From assembly GCA_963765005.1 (NCBI GenBank), contig CAVXUP010000002.1:133640-197639 (forward strand): a stretch of DNA of 64,000 nt, in the 5' to 3' direction. Source of the stretch: an uncultured Bacteroidales bacterium. GTDB taxonomy: Bacteria > Bacteroidota > Bacteroidia > Bacteroidales > VadinHA17. Under the pieces are notes generated by a model. The model worked only from the letters and a program-made list of their open reading frames with translations. It did no database searches and was not told the DNA's origin. This document shows, piece after piece, positions 9,577 to 21,403 of this stretch. Every line of letters starts with the position of its first letter. Positions within the stretch are counted from its first letter, which is position 1. Position numbers and translations under genes: made by a program.

Positions 9577-10053
9577 ATGAGAAAGTCAAGACCAAAGAAA
9601 AGGATTCTGTTACCGGATCCTAAGTACAAAGATCCGTATGTAACAAGGTTTGTGAATAATCTTATGTATAGTGGCAAGAAAAATCTTGCATTCAAGATAC
9701 TCTACGACTCGCTTGACATAGTCGCTGACAAGTTTAAGAATGAAGGAAAGACCCCTCTTGAGATTTTCAAGCAGGCACTTGATAATGTTACACCGCAGGT
9801 AGAGGTAAAGGCCCGCAGGGTAGGTGGCGCAACTTTCCAGGTTCCTATGGAGATAAGGACCGACAGGAAAGTCAGCATCAGCATGAAGAACATGGTTTCG
9901 TTTGCAAGAAAGAGAACAGGTCACTCGATGGCTGAAAGGCTTGCAGCTGAACTGATGGCAGCCTATAAACTTGAAGGCGGAGCATATAAGAAGAAGGAAG
10001 ACACCCACAGGATGGCTGAAGCCAACAAGGCTTTTGCACATTTCAGGTTTTAA
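9577..10053 (+). CDS. rpsG: 30S ribosomal protein S7
   Basis: 158 aa, DPKY...VTRFVN and VGGATFQVP motifs; follows rpsL. Confidence 0.98.
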   Translation: MRKSRPKKRILLPDPKYKDPYVTRFVNNLMYSGKKNLAFKILYDSLDIVADKFKNEGKTPLEIFKQALDNVTPQVEVKARRVGGATFQVPMEIRTDRKVSISMKNMVSFARKRTGHSMAERLAAELMAAYKLEGGAYKKKEDTHRMAEANKAFAHFRF

Positions 10054-10083
10054 TAGTATTAAGGCAGCAGAGTAAAAGAAAAA

Positions 10084-12186
10084 ATGGACAAAAACCTGAA
10101 ATATACCAGGAACATCGGAATCATGGCTCACATCGATGCCGGGAAGACCACAACGACAGAAAGGATTCTGTTCTTTACGGGTCGTACCCACCGCATGGGT
10201 GAAGTTCATGATGGAAATGCAACGATGGACTGGATGGTTCAGGAGCAGGAGAGAGGGATCACAATTACTTCAGCTGCTACAACAACTTACTGGAAATACA
10301 GGGGCGACGACTATAAGATAAACATTATTGATACCCCGGGTCATGTCGATTTTACCGTTGAGGTTGAACGATCGCTCAGAGTACTCGATGGGGCAGTTGC
10401 CGTATTCTGTGCAGTCGGAGGTGTGGAACCTCAGTCTGAGACGGTATGGAGACAGGCAAACAAATATGTTGTTCCAAGGATCGCTTTCATTAATAAGATG
10501 GATCGTGCCGGCGCTGACTTTTACTCAGTTGTTCAGCAGATTGAGGAAAAGCTGGGAGCTCATCCTGTACCTGTTCAGATACCGATTGGTGCTGAGGAGA
10601 ATTTCAACGGGGTGATCGACCTTGTGAACATGAAGGCGGTAGTCTATTACAATGATCCCGAAACAGTTACACGTTTTGAGATTGAAGAGATCCCTGCCGA
10701 TATGAAAGATGAGGCAGAAGAATGGAGGGGCAAGCTTATTGAGGCAGTTGCTGATGTTGATGATACCCTTCTTGAAAGATACCTTGAAGATCATGAATCG
10801 ATAACAGCCGAAGAGATAATGGTCGCCCTGAGGAAGGCAACAACACTCGGACTCGCAATTCCGGTGATATGCGGTGCATCGTTTAAGAATAAAGGTGTGC
10901 AGATCCTTCTTGATTCAGTTATAGCATATCTTCCATCACCCCTTGATAAAGGTTCTGTTACAGGTCTTGATCCAAGGAATGATGAGGAGATCACCCGTGA
11001 TCCTGATGATGAGCAGCCGCTTGCGGCCCTCGCTTTCAAGATTGCAACAGATCCTTTTGTCGGACGTCTCGCATTTATCAGGGTCTATTCAGGTGTCCTT
11101 AATGCCGGCGATACAGTGCTTAATGTGCGCACAGGAAAAAGAGAGCGTATAAACCGTCTCTTCCAGATGCACGCAAACAAACAGAATCCGAAAGAAAGCA
11201 TCTCTGCAGGCGATATTTGCGCCGGGGTTGGTTTCAAAGATATAAAGACCGGCGATACACTTTGTGCCATAAACAAGCCTATATTACTGGAGACGATGGA
11301 TTTCCCGGAGCCGGTAATCGGTGTGGCAATTGAGCCGAAAACCCAGGTCGATGTCGACAGGTTATCTCTTGCACTCAGCAAACTTGCTGAAGAGGATCCG
11401 ACATTCCAGGTAAAGACAGACCCCGACAGCGGTCAGACTATCATTCATGGTATGGGAGAACTCCATCTGGAGATTCTCATCGACAGGCTGAAGAGGGAAT
11501 TTAAAGTTGAATGTAACCAGGGTGCGCCCCAGGTTGCATACAAGGAGGCCATCACAACAACTGCTGAATTCCGCGAGGTATTCAAGAAGCAGACAGGAGG
11601 CAGGGGCAAGTTTGCAGATATGACTTTCGACCTGGCGCCCGCCGACGAGAATATGAGAGGCCTTCAGTTTGTGAATGAGGTTAAGGGCGGACATATTCCA
11701 AAAGAGTATATTCCGTCGATAGAAAAAGGATTCCGTGAGGCAATGGTTAACGGACCACTCGCCGGATTCCCTCTCGACAGCCTTAAAGTAGTACTCAAAG
11801 ACGGTTCGTACCATCCGGTTGACTCCGATGCACTTTCGTTTGAGATCGCAGCCAAACAGGCTTTCAGGAAATTTGCATCAAAATGCAGTCCTGTTATCCT
11901 TGAGCCAATAATGTCCACAGAGGTAGTTACCCCTGAGGAGTATGTTGGCGATGTGATCGGCGATTTCAACAGACGAAGGGGCAGGGTGGAAGGTATGGAA
12001 TCGAAAGCAGGCTCAAGAGTCGTAAAAGCAAAAGTACCTCTGGCCGAGAAATTCGGTTACGTTACAGTACTTCGGACTCTTACCTCAGGCAGGGCAACTT
12101 CAACAATGGAGTTTTCCCACTATGAAAAGGTACCTGCAGATATATCAAACAGGATTGTAGAAATTACTAAAGGAAAAATTCTTTAA
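10084..12186 (+). CDS. fusA: Elongation factor G (canonical)
   Basis: [33 protein letters not shown] and HPVDSD motifs; 700 aa. Confidence 0.98.
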   Translation: MDKNLKYTRNIGIMAHIDAGKTTTTERILFFTGRTHRMGEVHDGNATMDWMVQEQERGITITSAATTTYWKYRGDDYKINIIDTPGHVDFTVEVERSLRVLDGAVAVFCAVGGVEPQSETVWRQANKYVVPRIAFINKMDRAGADFYSVVQQIEEKLGAHPVPVQIPIGAEENFNGVIDLVNMKAVVYYNDPETVTRFEIEEIPADMKDEAEEWRGKLIEAVADVDDTLLERYLEDHESITAEEIMVALRKATTLGLAIPVICGASFKNKGVQILLDSVIAYLPSPLDKGSVTGLDPRNDEEITRDPDDEQPLAALAFKIATDPFVGRLAFIRVYSGVLNAGDTVLNVRTGKRERINRLFQMHANKQNPKESISAGDICAGVGFKDIKTGDTLCAINKPILLETMDFPEPVIGVAIEPKTQVDVDRLSLALSKLAEEDPTFQVKTDPDSGQTIIHGMGELHLEILIDRLKREFKVECNQGAPQVAYKEAITTTAEFREVFKKQTGGRGKFADMTFDLAPADENMRGLQFVNEVKGGHIPKEYIPSIEKGFREAMVNGPLAGFPLDSLKVVLKDGSYHPVDSDALSFEIAAKQAFRKFASKCSPVILEPIMSTEVVTPEEYVGDVIGDFNRRRGRVEGMESKAGSRVVKAKVPLAEKFGYVTVLRTLTSGRATSTMEFSHYEKVPADISNRIVEITKGKIL

Positions 12187-12188
12187 AG

Positions 12189-12494
12189 ATGAGTCAGAAA
12201 ATTCGAATCAAACTGAAATCTTATGATCATAATCTGGTGGATAAGTCTGCCGAGAAGATCGTAAAAACAGTAAAATCAACTGGTGCAGTTGTCAGCGGTC
12301 CTATTCCCCTGCCAACCCACAAAAAGATTTACACAGTGCTTCGTTCGCCCTTTGTAAACAAGAAGGCAAGAGAGCAGTTTCAGCTCTCATCCTATAAGAG
12401 GTTGCTCGACATTTACAGCTCAACCCCAAAAACAATTGATGCTCTTATGAAACTGGAGCTTCCGAGCGGAGTTGAAGTAGAGATTAAAGTGTGA
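12189..12494 (+). CDS. rpsJ: 30S ribosomal protein S10
   Basis: [18 protein letters not shown]...; 101 aa; heads the S10 operon directly after fusA. Confidence 0.98.
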   Translation: MSQKIRIKLKSYDHNLVDKSAEKIVKTVKSTGAVVSGPIPLPTHKKIYTVLRSPFVNKKAREQFQLSSYKRLLDIYSSTPKTIDALMKLELPSGVEVEIKV

Positions 12495-12515
12495 AACCAG
12501 TAAAGTAATATAGAG

Positions 12516-13136
12516 ATGCAGGGATTAATTGGTAAAAAGGTAGGAATGACATCCATTTTCGACGAAAATGGAAAGAATATTCCATGTACGGTTCTGCAGG
12601 CCGGTCCATGTGTTGTTACACAGGTAAAGACAGTGGAAAGGGATGGCTACTTTGCTGTACAGTTAGGTTTTGACGAGAAAAAAGAAAAGCATACTACAAA
12701 AGCTGAACTGGGCCACTTCAAAAAAGCAAGTACCACTCCAAAAAGGAAACTTATGGAGTTTACGGGTTTTGAGGATGGTCAGGTGAAAGAGGGCGAAGTG
12801 CTTACTGCCTCACTTTTCGAGAATGATTCTATTGTCGATGTAAGAGGATGGTCAAAAGGAAAAGGCTTTCAGGGTGTTGTAAAACGTCACGGCTTTGCCG
12901 GTGTCGGCGGGCAGACCCACGGACAGCACAACAGGGGAAGGGCTCCCGGCTCACTTGGAGCATCATCATTCCCGTCGAGGGTTTTACCCGGCATGAGAAT
13001 GGCAGGCCGTACAGGTAATGCTAAAGTAATGTCGATGGACCTTAAGGTTGTTAAGCTTATGGCCGATAAGGACATAATTATTGTTAAAGGATCTGTACCG
13101 GGTCCTAAAGGTGGTTACGTAATAATTACAAAATAA
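12516..13136 (+). CDS. rplC: 50S ribosomal protein L3
   Basis: [13 protein letters not shown] and [14 protein letters not shown] motifs. Confidence 0.98.
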   Translation: MQGLIGKKVGMTSIFDENGKNIPCTVLQAGPCVVTQVKTVERDGYFAVQLGFDEKKEKHTTKAELGHFKKASTTPKRKLMEFTGFEDGQVKEGEVLTASLFENDSIVDVRGWSKGKGFQGVVKRHGFAGVGGQTHGQHNRGRAPGSLGASSFPSRVLPGMRMAGRTGNAKVMSMDLKVVKLMADKDIIIVKGSVPGPKGGYVIITK

Positions 13137-13765
13137 TGGAATTAGCTATTCTTAATACTAGCGGCAAGGAGACCGGAAGGAAAGTTAATCTTAATGATTC
13201 AATTTTCTGTGTGGAACCAAATGATCATGCCATTTACCTTGATACCAAGCAGTACCTCGCCAACCAGAGGCAGGGGACTCATAAAGCAAAGGATCGTGGT
13301 GAGATAGCAGGAAGTACCAGGAAGATCAAAAGGCAGAAAGGAACAGGTACTGCCCGCGCTGGAAGCATAAAGAACCCGTTGTTCCGCGGTGGCGGCCGTA
13401 TTTTCGGTCCAAGCCCCAGGTTCTACGGCTTCAAGCTTAACAAAAAGGTCAAACAGCTGGCCAGAAAATCTGCACTTTCATATAAGGCATCTACAAATAA
13501 TATTATTGTTCTGGAAGATTTTAATTTTGAGGCTCCTAAAACAAAGGAATTCATCAAATTGGGAGATAATCTGAAAATTACAAATAAAAAATCTGTAATT
13601 GTTTTACCGGAACAAAATAAAAATATATATTTGTCAACCCGAAATATATATGGGGTGGAAGTTGTAATTGCCAGTGAGTTAAATACTTACAAGATAATGA
13701 AGGCTTCAACATTGGTACTTGTAGAGAGCGCAGTTGACGTTTTGCAGGCAACTTTTGAAAACTAG
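13136..13765 (+). CDS. rplD: 50S ribosomal protein L4
   Basis: TAATG overlap with rplC; [12 protein letters not shown] motif. Confidence 0.97.
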   Translation: MELAILNTSGKETGRKVNLNDSIFCVEPNDHAIYLDTKQYLANQRQGTHKAKDRGEIAGSTRKIKRQKGTGTARAGSIKNPLFRGGGRIFGPSPRFYGFKLNKKVKQLARKSALSYKASTNNIIVLEDFNFEAPKTKEFIKLGDNLKITNKKSVIVLPEQNKNIYLSTRNIYGVEVVIASELNTYKIMKASTLVLVESAVDVLQATFEN

Positions 13766-13778
13766 AAAACTTTGAGTG

Positions 13779-14069
13779 ATGAATATTTTGCTTAAACCGA
13801 TTGTAACGGAGAAGATGACAAGCCAGGGCGATAAATTTAACCGCTATGGTTTTCTCGTTGCCCGCAACGCAAACAAGTTACAGATAAAAAAAGCCGTTGA
13901 AGAACTGTACAGTGTTACAGTGGATTCGGTGAACACGATGCGTTATGGCGGGAAGATCAAGACCCGCAATACCAAATCAGGTCTTCTTACAGGAAAAACA
14001 GCCGCAACAAAAAAGGCAGTAGTAACTCTTGCTGAAGGAAACAAAATCGATTTCTACAGCAATATTTAA
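13779..14069 (+). CDS. rplW: 50S ribosomal protein L23
   Basis: [12 protein letters not shown]. The ATG at 13779 is preferred over the GTG at 13776 used by the ORF track. Confidence 0.95.
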   Translation: MNILLKPIVTEKMTSQGDKFNRYGFLVARNANKLQIKKAVEELYSVTVDSVNTMRYGGKIKTRNTKSGLLTGKTAATKKAVVTLAEGNKIDFYSNI

Positions 14070-14077
14070 TAATATTT

Positions 14078-14902
14078 ATGGCAGTCAGAAAGATCAAACC
14101 TGTTACACCAGGTCAGCGACACAAAATCGCAGGCACTTTTGACACGATCACAAGTGCTACGCCGGAGAAATCCTTACTTCGACCGCAGAAGAATTCAGGA
14201 GGAAGGAACGTTAACGGCAAACGGACTATGAGATACATCGGAGGCGGTCACAAGAAGATGTACAGAGTTATCGATTTCCAGAGAGCAAAGGACGGTATGG
14301 AAGCAACGGTTAAAACGATCGAGTACGATCCCAACCGTTCTGCACGTATCGCACTTGTTCTTTACAAGGACGGAGAAAAGAGATATATAGTAGCACCAAC
14401 AGGTCTTCAGGTCGGCCAGACATTGATGTCGGGAAAAGAAGCAACTCCTGAGGTGGGAAATACTCTCTTCTTAAGTGATATCCCCCTTGGTACGATAATT
14501 CATAATATTGAACTGAAACCAGGTAAGGGAGCAGCTATTGCACGCAGTGCCGGTACATATGCACAGCTTTCAGCGCGCGATGGAAAATATGCAACAATAA
14601 AGCTTCCGTCAGGTGAAACAAGAATGATCCTCACTACCTGCAAGGCAACTATTGGTACTGTTTCAAATGCTGACCATAATCTCGAGAGATCAGGCAAGGC
14701 AGGCCGTTCACGCTGGCAGGGACGCCGTCCGAGAGTAAGGGGCGTTGTTATGAACCCTGTTGATCATCCTATGGGTGGTGGAGAAGGACGGGCTTCAGGA
14801 GGCCATCCAAGGTCGCGTAAAGGAATTCCTTCAAAGGGCTTCAAGACCAGGGATAAGAAAAAGTACTCTGCAAAACATATTATTGAAAGAAGGAAAAAAT
14901 AA
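14078..14902 (+). CDS. rplB: 50S ribosomal protein L2
   Basis: [15 protein letters not shown] and [14 protein letters not shown] motifs. Confidence 0.98.
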   Translation: MAVRKIKPVTPGQRHKIAGTFDTITSATPEKSLLRPQKNSGGRNVNGKRTMRYIGGGHKKMYRVIDFQRAKDGMEATVKTIEYDPNRSARIALVLYKDGEKRYIVAPTGLQVGQTLMSGKEATPEVGNTLFLSDIPLGTIIHNIELKPGKGAAIARSAGTYAQLSARDGKYATIKLPSGETRMILTTCKATIGTVSNADHNLERSGKAGRSRWQGRRPRVRGVVMNPVDHPMGGGEGRASGGHPRSRKGIPSKGFKTRDKKKYSAKHIIERRKK

Positions 14903-14912
14903 CTGATATATT

Positions 14913-15176
14913 ATGAGTAGATCAATTAAAAAAGGCCCTTTCATAGATTTCAAACTCGAGAAGAGAATTCTTGAAATGAATGAAGGACAGAAGAAATCAG
15001 TACTTAAGACCTGGTCGCGCAGATCAGTAATCTCACCTGATTTTGTAGGACATACTATAGCAGTTCATAACGGTAATAAGTTTATCCCCGTTTACATTAC
15101 CGAGAATATGGTTGGCCATAAACTTGGAGAGTTTTCACCTACCCGCACATTCAGGGGTCACTCTGGTAACAAATAA
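14913..15176 (+). CDS. rpsS: 30S ribosomal protein S19
   Basis: [12 protein letters not shown]... [13 protein letters not shown]. Confidence 0.98.
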   Translation: MSRSIKKGPFIDFKLEKRILEMNEGQKKSVLKTWSRRSVISPDFVGHTIAVHNGNKFIPVYITENMVGHKLGEFSPTRTFRGHSGNK

Positions 15177-15205
15177 GTAATGTAAACATTGAAAAACATT
15201 TAGAA

Positions 15206-15625
15206 ATGGGTGCAAGAAAAAGAAATACAGCTGACCAGAGAAAAGAGGAAGCTAAAAGCAGATACCAGGCTATCCTCAGAAACTGTCCTACCTCCCCGCG
15301 AAAAATGAGGCTCGTAACAGACCTTATCAGCGGCATGGAAGTAAACAAAGCACTTGATGTCCTTAAATTCAGCTCTCAGGAGGCATCACGTCGTCTGGAA
15401 AAACTGCTTCTTTCAGCAATTGCCAACTGGCAGTCGAAGAATGAAGGAGTGAGAGTTGAGGAAAGCAATCTGTACGTAAAGCTTGTGCATGTCGATGGAG
15501 GCCGCCAGCTTAAGAGACTCCAGACAGCTCCTCAGGGAAGGGCATACAGGGTGAGAAAAAGATCAAACCATGTAACTCTCGTGCTTGACAGTAAGAAAAT
15601 GGAAGTTGAAAAAACATCAAATTAG
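15206..15625 (+). CDS. rplV: 50S ribosomal protein L22
   Basis: [14 protein letters not shown] motif and operon position. Confidence 0.96.
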   Translation: MGARKRNTADQRKEEAKSRYQAILRNCPTSPRKMRLVTDLISGMEVNKALDVLKFSSQEASRRLEKLLLSAIANWQSKNEGVRVEESNLYVKLVHVDGGRQLKRLQTAPQGRAYRVRKRSNHVTLVLDSKKMEVEKTSN

Positions 15626-15630
15626 AACAG

Positions 15631-16329
15631 ATGGGACAAAAAGTAAATCCGATAAGCAACAGGTTAGGTATTATTAAAGGATGGGATTCAAACTGGTACG
15701 GCGGAAAAGATTTCTCCGGCAAACTTGTGGAAGATACAAAAATCAGGGAATACCTGAATGCCAGGCTTGCAAAAGCAAGTATCTCAAAGATCATCATTGA
15801 AAGAACTCTGAAGCTTATAACAGTAACTGTCAACACTGCCCGTCCGGGTATCATTATTGGAAAAGGCGGCCAGGAGGTTGACAAGCTAAAAGAGGAATTA
15901 AGGAAGATTACGAAAAAAGAGGTCCAGATAAACATCTTTGAAGTAAAACGTCCTGAACTTGATGCCAACATAGTCGGAAATAATATTGCCCGTCAGCTTG
16001 AAGGTAAGATTTCATACCGCCGTGCAATCAAAATGTCAATAGCCTCTACAATGCGTATGGGAGCGGAAGGAATAAAGATAATGATCTCCGGTCGTCTTGG
16101 CGGTGCTGAAATGGCACGCAGCGAGACCTATAAGGAAGGTCGTATTCCTCTGCATACTTTCAGGGCCGACATAGACTATGCCCTTGCTGAAGCCCACACA
16201 AAAGTAGGTCTTCTGGGAGTTAAAGTATGGATTTGCAATGGCGAGGTTTTCGGAAAAAGGGACCTCAGCCCGAACATCGGTGCAAGAAATGCCAAGACCA
16301 AGAGCCTTAAGCGGAAAGCAAAGAAGTAG
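15631..16329 (+). CDS. rpsC: 30S ribosomal protein S3
   Basis: [14 protein letters not shown] and KH-domain GIIIGKGG motifs. Confidence 0.98.
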   Translation: MGQKVNPISNRLGIIKGWDSNWYGGKDFSGKLVEDTKIREYLNARLAKASISKIIIERTLKLITVTVNTARPGIIIGKGGQEVDKLKEELRKITKKEVQINIFEVKRPELDANIVGNNIARQLEGKISYRRAIKMSIASTMRMGAEGIKIMISGRLGGAEMARSETYKEGRIPLHTFRADIDYALAEAHTKVGLLGVKVWICNGEVFGKRDLSPNIGARNAKTKSLKRKAKK

Positions 16330-16368
16330 TTGACGAAGTAGTTAATAATTGATAATAATATTTGAGTA

Positions 16369-16791
16369 ATGTTACAACCGAAAAGGACCAAATTCAGGAG
16401 AGCCCAGAAGGGACGAATGAAAGGAAATGCCCAGAGAGGCAACCAGCTGGCATTCGGGTCATTTGGTATCAAGGCACTTGAGGAGCACTGGATCACCGGA
16501 AGGCAGATCGAGGCAGCCCGTCAGGCTGTTACCCGTCATATGAAACGTGAAGGACAGTTATGGATACGTATATTCCCCGACAAGCCTATAACCAAGAAAC
16601 CTGCTGAAGTACGTATGGGTAAGGGAAAAGGAGCACCGGAAGGGTTTGTTGTTCCAATTACTCCCGGAAGGATAATACTTGAAGCTGAAGGTGTGCCTTA
16701 TGAAGTGGCAAAAGAAGCACTGCGTCTCGGAGCACAGAAACTTCCCATCACAACAAAATTTATTGTAAGACGCGATTACATACAGGAATAA
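16369..16791 (+). CDS. rplP: 50S ribosomal protein L16
   Basis: [19 protein letters not shown]. Confidence 0.98.
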   Translation: MLQPKRTKFRRAQKGRMKGNAQRGNQLAFGSFGIKALEEHWITGRQIEAARQAVTRHMKREGQLWIRIFPDKPITKKPAEVRMGKGKGAPEGFVVPITPGRIILEAEGVPYEVAKEALRLGAQKLPITTKFIVRRDYIQE

Positions 16792-16805
16792 TATTTTAGA
16801 CAGAG

Positions 16806-17012
16806 ATGAAAACGTCAGAAATACGGGAATTAAGCACACCGGATCTTATCGAAAGAATAGATACAGAAAGGACTATGCTCGTCCGCATGAAGCTTAACCA
16901 TGCAATTACTCCTCTGGATAACCCGCAGAAGGTGAAACAGGTGAAACTTACGATAGCACGTCTGGTAACTGAATTGCGTGCAAGAGAGTTGAATAAGAAA
17001 TCTAATAGCTAG
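16806..17012 (+). CDS. rpmC: 50S ribosomal protein L29
   Basis: 68 aa, [14 protein letters not shown]...; operon position. Confidence 0.95.
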   Translation: MKTSEIRELSTPDLIERIDTERTMLVRMKLNHAITPLDNPQKVKQVKLTIARLVTELRARELNKKSNS

Positions 17013-17019
17013 ATCAGCA

Positions 17020-17283
17020 ATGGAAGCAACTGAAAGGAATCTTAGAAAAGAACGTATTGGTGTGGTTGTCAGTTCAAAAATGGACAAATCAATAGTCGTT
17101 GCCGTTAAAAGAAAGGTAAAACACCCTATTTACGGTAAGTTCATTAACAAGACGAAGAAACTGATGGCGCACGATGAAGAGAACACTTGCAATATCGGCG
17201 ACACCGTACGTATATCGGAGACCAGGCCTCTGAGCAAGAACAAAACCTGGAGATTGATAGAAATAATCGAAAGAGCGAAGTAA
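17020..17283 (+). CDS. rpsQ: 30S ribosomal protein S17
   Basis: [19 protein letters not shown] and WRLIEI motifs. Confidence 0.97.
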   Translation: MEATERNLRKERIGVVVSSKMDKSIVVAVKRKVKHPIYGKFINKTKKLMAHDEENTCNIGDTVRISETRPLSKNKTWRLIEIIERAK

Positions 17284-17285
17284 TC

Positions 17286-17651
17286 ATGATACAGCAGGAA
17301 AGCAGGTTAAACGTAGCCGATAACTCCGGAGCCAAAGAGGTATTATGCATCAGGGTACTTGGCGGAAGCAAGAAAAGATATGCTTCTGTCGGCGACAAAA
17401 TTGTTGTGAGTGTTAAGTCAGCACTTCCATCAGGTGAAGCAAAAAAAGGTACTGTGAGCAAAGCAGTTGTCGTAAGAACAAAGAAAGAGATCCGTCGCCC
17501 CGATGGTTCATATATTAGGTTCGATGATAATGCAGTTGTTCTTCTTAACAACGTTAACGAGGTTCGTGGTACACGTATCTTCGGTCCGGTTGCAAGGGAG
17601 CTGCGCGACAAGTATATGAAGATTGTATCACTGGCACCGGAAGTGTTGTAA
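17286..17651 (+). CDS. rplN: 50S ribosomal protein L14
   Basis: True start [18 protein letters not shown] at ATG 17286. The ORF-track start at 17187 overlaps rpsQ and adds non-homologous residues. Confidence 0.97.
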   Translation: MIQQESRLNVADNSGAKEVLCIRVLGGSKKRYASVGDKIVVSVKSALPSGEAKKGTVSKAVVVRTKKEIRRPDGSYIRFDDNAVVLLNNVNEVRGTRIFGPVARELRDKYMKIVSLAPEVL

Positions 17652-17670
17652 TATTTTAAGAAAGACAACG

Positions 17671-17994
17671 ATGCAGAAGAAAACACATATCAAAAAAGGC
17701 GATTCGGTTATGGTCATAACCGGTGAATCAAAAGGGCAGAAAGGCCGTGTGCTTGAAATTGACAGAGATAAGAGCAGAGCTCTTGTTGAAGGCGTTAACA
17801 TGGTTTCGAAACATACAAAGCCTAATTCAAAAGCTCCGCAGGGAGGCATTATCAAAAAAGAAGCCCCTGTTCATATTTCAAATCTGATGCTTATTGACCC
17901 AGCATCAGGAAAACCTACCCGCGTAGGAAAAAGATTAAATGAGAAAGATAAATTGGTGCGTTATTCAAAAAAATCAGGAGAGGAGATTAAGTAA
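17671..17994 (+). CDS. rplX: 50S ribosomal protein L24
   Basis: True start [22 protein letters not shown] at ATG 17671; KOW motif. Confidence 0.96.
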   Translation: MQKKTHIKKGDSVMVITGESKGQKGRVLEIDRDKSRALVEGVNMVSKHTKPNSKAPQGGIIKKEAPVHISNLMLIDPASGKPTRVGKRLNEKDKLVRYSKKSGEEIK

Positions 17995-18545
17995 TGTATA
18001 TACCTGCACTTAAAACGAAGTATAACGACGAGATCGTTCCTGCATTGATGAAGGAGTTCAGCTACAAATCTATTATGCAGGTCCCGAGGTTGGACAAGAT
18101 TGTAATTAACCAGGGGGTAGGACAGGCAATTGCCGATAAGAAACTTCTTGAATTTGGTGTTAAGGAGATTTCAGATATCGCCGGACAGAAAGCAGTCCAG
18201 ACTTACTCTACTAAGGATATATCAAATTTCAAGCTCAGGAAAAATATGCCGATCGGTATAATGGTGACCTTGCGCAAGGAAAGGATGTATGAGTTTCTTG
18301 AAAGACTTATTTCAGTTGCACTTCCAAGAATCCGCGATTTTAAAGGCATCAGCGCAAAACTCGACGGTCGCGGAAACTATACCCTTGGAATAACGGAACA
18401 GATTATTTTCCCGGAAATTGACCTCGATAAGGTCGCAAAAATAATGGGTCTCCAGGTAACTTTTGTCACCTCTGCAAAGACTGATGAAGAGGCTCTCGCC
18501 CTTCTCAGGTATTTCGGTTTACCCTTCAAAAATCTTAAAAACTAG
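17994..18545 (+). CDS. rplE: 50S ribosomal protein L5
   Basis: TAATG overlap with rplX; RIRDFKG and GNYTLGI motifs. Confidence 0.97.
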   Translation: MYIPALKTKYNDEIVPALMKEFSYKSIMQVPRLDKIVINQGVGQAIADKKLLEFGVKEISDIAGQKAVQTYSTKDISNFKLRKNMPIGIMVTLRKERMYEFLERLISVALPRIRDFKGISAKLDGRGNYTLGITEQIIFPEIDLDKVAKIMGLQVTFVTSAKTDEEALALLRYFGLPFKNLKN

Positions 18546-18549
18546 GAAT

Positions 18550-18819
18550 ATGGCTAAAGAATCAATGATGGCCCGCGAAGTAAAACGCGCACGACTGACT
18601 CAGAAATATGCTGCAAAAAGAGCCCTTCTCAAAGCCAATGGCGATTATGTGGGTCTCAGCCGTCTGCCAAGGAATTCAAATCCTAACAGAATGCATAACA
18701 GGTGCAAACTTACCGGACGTACAAGGGGTTATATGAGACAGTTTGGAATCAGCAGGATAACATTCAGGGAAATGGCCTCTTTCGGTCTCATCCCCGGCGT
18801 TACAAAAGCCAGCTGGTAA
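18550..18819 (+). CDS. rpsN: 30S ribosomal protein S14 (long, Cys-poor form)
   Basis: True start [13 protein letters not shown] at ATG 18550; ends KASW; 89 aa. Confidence 0.96.
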   Translation: MAKESMMAREVKRARLTQKYAAKRALLKANGDYVGLSRLPRNSNPNRMHNRCKLTGRTRGYMRQFGISRITFREMASFGLIPGVTKASW

Positions 18820-18858
18820 TAAGAAAATAAAAACAAAAACTATATTAATAAATTAAAG

Positions 18859-19257
18859 ATGACTGATCCAATTGCAGATTTACTGACCAGAATAAGGAAC
18901 GCCATCATGGCAGGTCATAAGGTCGTTGAGGCACCAGCATCAAACCTTAAAAAAGAGATAGCCAGGATCCTTTTCGAAAAGGGTTTTATTCTCAGCTATA
19001 AGGTTGTTGAAGGTGACGGACCGCAGGGAGTATTGAAAATTGCTCTTAAATATAATTCGAAGAGTAAGCAGCCTGCGATAAAAGCAATACAGAGAATCAG
19101 CCGCCCGGGCCTTCGCCAGTATACCGGCGTTGAGGAATTGCCCAGGGTACTGAACGGACTCGGTGTTGCAATTATCTCTACCTCAAAAGGATTAATGACT
19201 GACAAAGAGGCAAGAAAAGAGAAAATTGGCGGTGAAGTATTATGTTATGTTTACTAA
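18859..19257 (+). CDS. rpsH: 30S ribosomal protein S8
   Basis: [15 protein letters not shown]. Confidence 0.98.
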   Translation: MTDPIADLLTRIRNAIMAGHKVVEAPASNLKKEIARILFEKGFILSYKVVEGDGPQGVLKIALKYNSKSKQPAIKAIQRISRPGLRQYTGVEELPRVLNGLGVAIISTSKGLMTDKEARKEKIGGEVLCYVY

Positions 19258-19273
19258 ATAGGAGGATAGCTCA

Positions 19274-19828
19274 ATGTCGCGAATAGGAAAATTACCTGTA
19301 AACCTGCCCAAAGGAGTCACCATAAGCGTGAGTGACGACAATGTGGTAAGTGTGAAAGGCCCCTTGGGAGAGTTGACTCAGGCAGTCGACAAGGACCTGA
19401 AGGTGGAAATGGTGGGAAACGAAGTTGTTTTATCGAGACCATCGGAATCGAAAAATCATAAATCTTTACATGGCCTGTACCGTGCGCTTATTGCCAATAT
19501 GGTTACTGGCGTGTCGGTAGGATTCAGAAAAGATCTTGAACTGGTTGGAGTTGGTTACCGAGCTGAAGCAAAAGGACAGAACCTTGAGATGAGCCTTGGC
19601 TTTTCACATGAAGTGATTCTTCAACTCCCTGATGAGGTTAAGGTTGAAACCAAAACGGAAAGAAGGGCAAATCCTATTATTACCCTTACATGCATCGACA
19701 AACAGCTTATCGGGCATGTTGCAGCAAAGATCAGATCGCTCCGTCCGCCTGAACCTTACAAGGGAAAGGGTATTAAGTTTGTTGGAGAGCAGCTGAGAAG
19801 GAAGGCTGGAAAATCTGCTAGTGTTTAA
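19274..19828 (+). CDS. rplF: 50S ribosomal protein L6
   Basis: MSRIGKLPV... PEPYKGKGI. Confidence 0.98.
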   Translation: MSRIGKLPVNLPKGVTISVSDDNVVSVKGPLGELTQAVDKDLKVEMVGNEVVLSRPSESKNHKSLHGLYRALIANMVTGVSVGFRKDLELVGVGYRAEAKGQNLEMSLGFSHEVILQLPDEVKVETKTERRANPIITLTCIDKQLIGHVAAKIRSLRPPEPYKGKGIKFVGEQLRRKAGKSASV

Positions 19829-19848
19829 TCTGGTAAAAGTAAAGAATC

Positions 19849-20208
19849 ATGGCCTTAACTAAGTTGGAAAGAAGAGCAAGGATCAAAATGAGGATCCGCA
19901 AGAAAATAAGCGGAACTGCAGAATCACCACGTCTTGCAGTTTACCGCAGCAATAAACAGATATATGTTCAGGTTGTTGACGACCTGAACGGACTGACTAT
20001 TCTGTCGGCATGCTCTAAAGAGAAAGAGATTGCTGCCCAGACAGGCATAAAGAAAATTGAACAGGCTAAACTTGTTGGAAAGCTGCTTGCTGCCAAATGT
20101 AAGGAAAAAGGTATCGAGAAGGTTGTTTTTGACAGAAGCGGTTATAAATATCACGGCAGAGTAAAATCATTGGCTGATGCAGCCCGCGAAGGCGGATTAA
20201 AATTCTAA
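19849..20208 (+). CDS. rplR: 50S ribosomal protein L18
   Basis: [19 protein letters not shown] and YHGRVK motifs. Confidence 0.97.
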   Translation: MALTKLERRARIKMRIRKKISGTAESPRLAVYRSNKQIYVQVVDDLNGLTILSACSKEKEIAAQTGIKKIEQAKLVGKLLAAKCKEKGIEKVVFDRSGYKYHGRVKSLADAAREGGLKF

Positions 20209-20214
20209 TGAATT

Positions 20215-20730
20215 ATGGGAAACGGTATAAGAAAAGTAAAAACCAGCGATCTCGAACTTAAAGATCGGCTTGTAAGCATTCAGAGAGTAACCAAAGTTAC
20301 AAAAGGAGGACGTACATTCAGTTTTTCAGCTATTGTTGTAGTTGGTAACGAGGATGGTATTGTCGGACACGGACTTGGTAAAGCCAGTGAGGTAACAACA
20401 GCTATATCAAAGGGTATCGAAGATGCCAAGAAGAATCTGATAAAAGTGCCTGTAATCAATGGTACAATACCTCATGAGCAGGTAGCTAAATTCGGCGGCG
20501 CCAAAGTATTCATCAAGCCTGCCTCCGATGGTACAGGAGTTAAGGCAGGCGGAGCTATGCGTGCTGTGCTTGAGAGCGTGGGAGTGAAGAACGTGCTTGC
20601 AAAATCAAAGGGTTCATCAAATCCTCATAACCTTGTGAAAGCAACTTTTGCAGCCCTCCTCGAAATGAGAGATGCATTTACTGTTGCCGAACACAGAGGT
20701 GTGGCTATGGAGAAAGTATTTAACGGTTAG
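20215..20730 (+). CDS. rpsE: 30S ribosomal protein S5
   Basis: [22 protein letters not shown] motif. Confidence 0.98.
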   Translation: MGNGIRKVKTSDLELKDRLVSIQRVTKVTKGGRTFSFSAIVVVGNEDGIVGHGLGKASEVTTAISKGIEDAKKNLIKVPVINGTIPHEQVAKFGGAKVFIKPASDGTGVKAGGAMRAVLESVGVKNVLAKSKGSSNPHNLVKATFAALLEMRDAFTVAEHRGVAMEKVFNG

Positions 20731-20743
20731 AAAAAAAAGCGCA

Positions 20744-20923
20744 ATGGCAAAAATTCGTATAACCCAGGTAAAAAGCAAAAACGGGAAGCCCGAAAGGCAG
20801 AAAAGAACTCTTGAAGCTCTCGGCATTAAAAAGTTAAACCATAGTGTTGAGCACGAAGCCACTCCTCAGATACTTGGAATGGTTGTTAAGGTACAACACC
20901 TTGTGAAAGTTGAAAACATATAA
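20744..20923 (+). CDS. rpmD: 50S ribosomal protein L30
   Basis: True start MAKIRITQVKS at ATG 20744; 59 aa. Confidence 0.95.
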   Translation: MAKIRITQVKSKNGKPERQKRTLEALGIKKLNHSVEHEATPQILGMVVKVQHLVKVENI

Positions 20924-20952
20924 GATATAAACCATATTTATAATACAAAGTT

Positions 20953-21399
20953 ATGGATTTGAGCAACTTAACGCCTGCTAAAGGATCAGTAAAAAAAGGT
21001 AAGCGTCTGGGCCGCGGACAGGGTTCCGGAAGAGGAGGAACTTCAACAAGGGGGCATAAAGGCGCTAAATCCCGTTCAGGCTACAGCAAAAAAGTAGGAT
21101 TTGAAGGCGGACAGATGCCGCTTCAGAGACGAGTCCCAAAATACGGATTTAAAAATATAAACCGTGTTGAGTATAAGGGTATTAATATAAGTTCCCTTCA
21201 GGCTATCGCTGAAAAACACAGTATTGAGAAGATCGATTTTGAAGTGCTTGTAATGGCCGGTCTGGTTTCTAAAAATGCAAAGGTTAAGATCCTTGGTAAA
21301 GGCATCCTCGATAAAAAACTTGAGGTGCATGCACATGCATTCAGCAAATCAGCTGTCGAAGCAATTGAAGCCAAAAAGGGAACCGCTGTAATACTTTAA
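20953..21399 (+). CDS. rplO: 50S ribosomal protein L15
   Basis: Gly/Arg-rich N-terminus (GRGQGSGRGGTSTRGHKG) and operon position. Confidence 0.97.
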   Translation: MDLSNLTPAKGSVKKGKRLGRGQGSGRGGTSTRGHKGAKSRSGYSKKVGFEGGQMPLQRRVPKYGFKNINRVEYKGINISSLQAIAEKHSIEKIDFEVLVMAGLVSKNAKVKILGKGILDKKLEVHAHAFSKSAVEAIEAKKGTAVIL

Positions 21400-21403
21400 T
21401 TTC

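Noticed and set aside
9610-10209. 199-aa minus-strand ORF antisense to rpsG/fusA, and similar long antisense ORFs (17144..17686, 11362..11814, 7883..8353, 50069..50542, 48765..49169, 46108..46410)
   Set aside because: All lie entirely opposite highly conserved, confidently identified genes. They have Cys/Phe/Leu- or Ser/Arg-rich junk composition typical of shadow frames and lack any recognisable motif.
12187-12188. Missing tuf (EF-Tu) between fusA and rpsJ as a deletion or rearrangement
   Set aside because: fusA is followed after 2 nt by rpsJ with no scar. As far as I recall, tuf lies elsewhere, near secE-nusG, in Bacteroidota, so this is the normal arrangement for the phylum.
17187-17285. 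N-terminal extensions in the ORF track for rplN (17187), rplX (17623), rpsN (18463), rpmD (20672), eno (26997), lnt (56753), SDR (63733), the OMP-like gene (52216), the dipeptidase (60387) and the Tyr-rich protein (33558)
   Set aside because: The extensions overlap the preceding gene or a divergent gene, and their residues do not match the conserved family N-termini. An internal ATG gives the canonical N-terminus or a proper signal peptide or lipobox.
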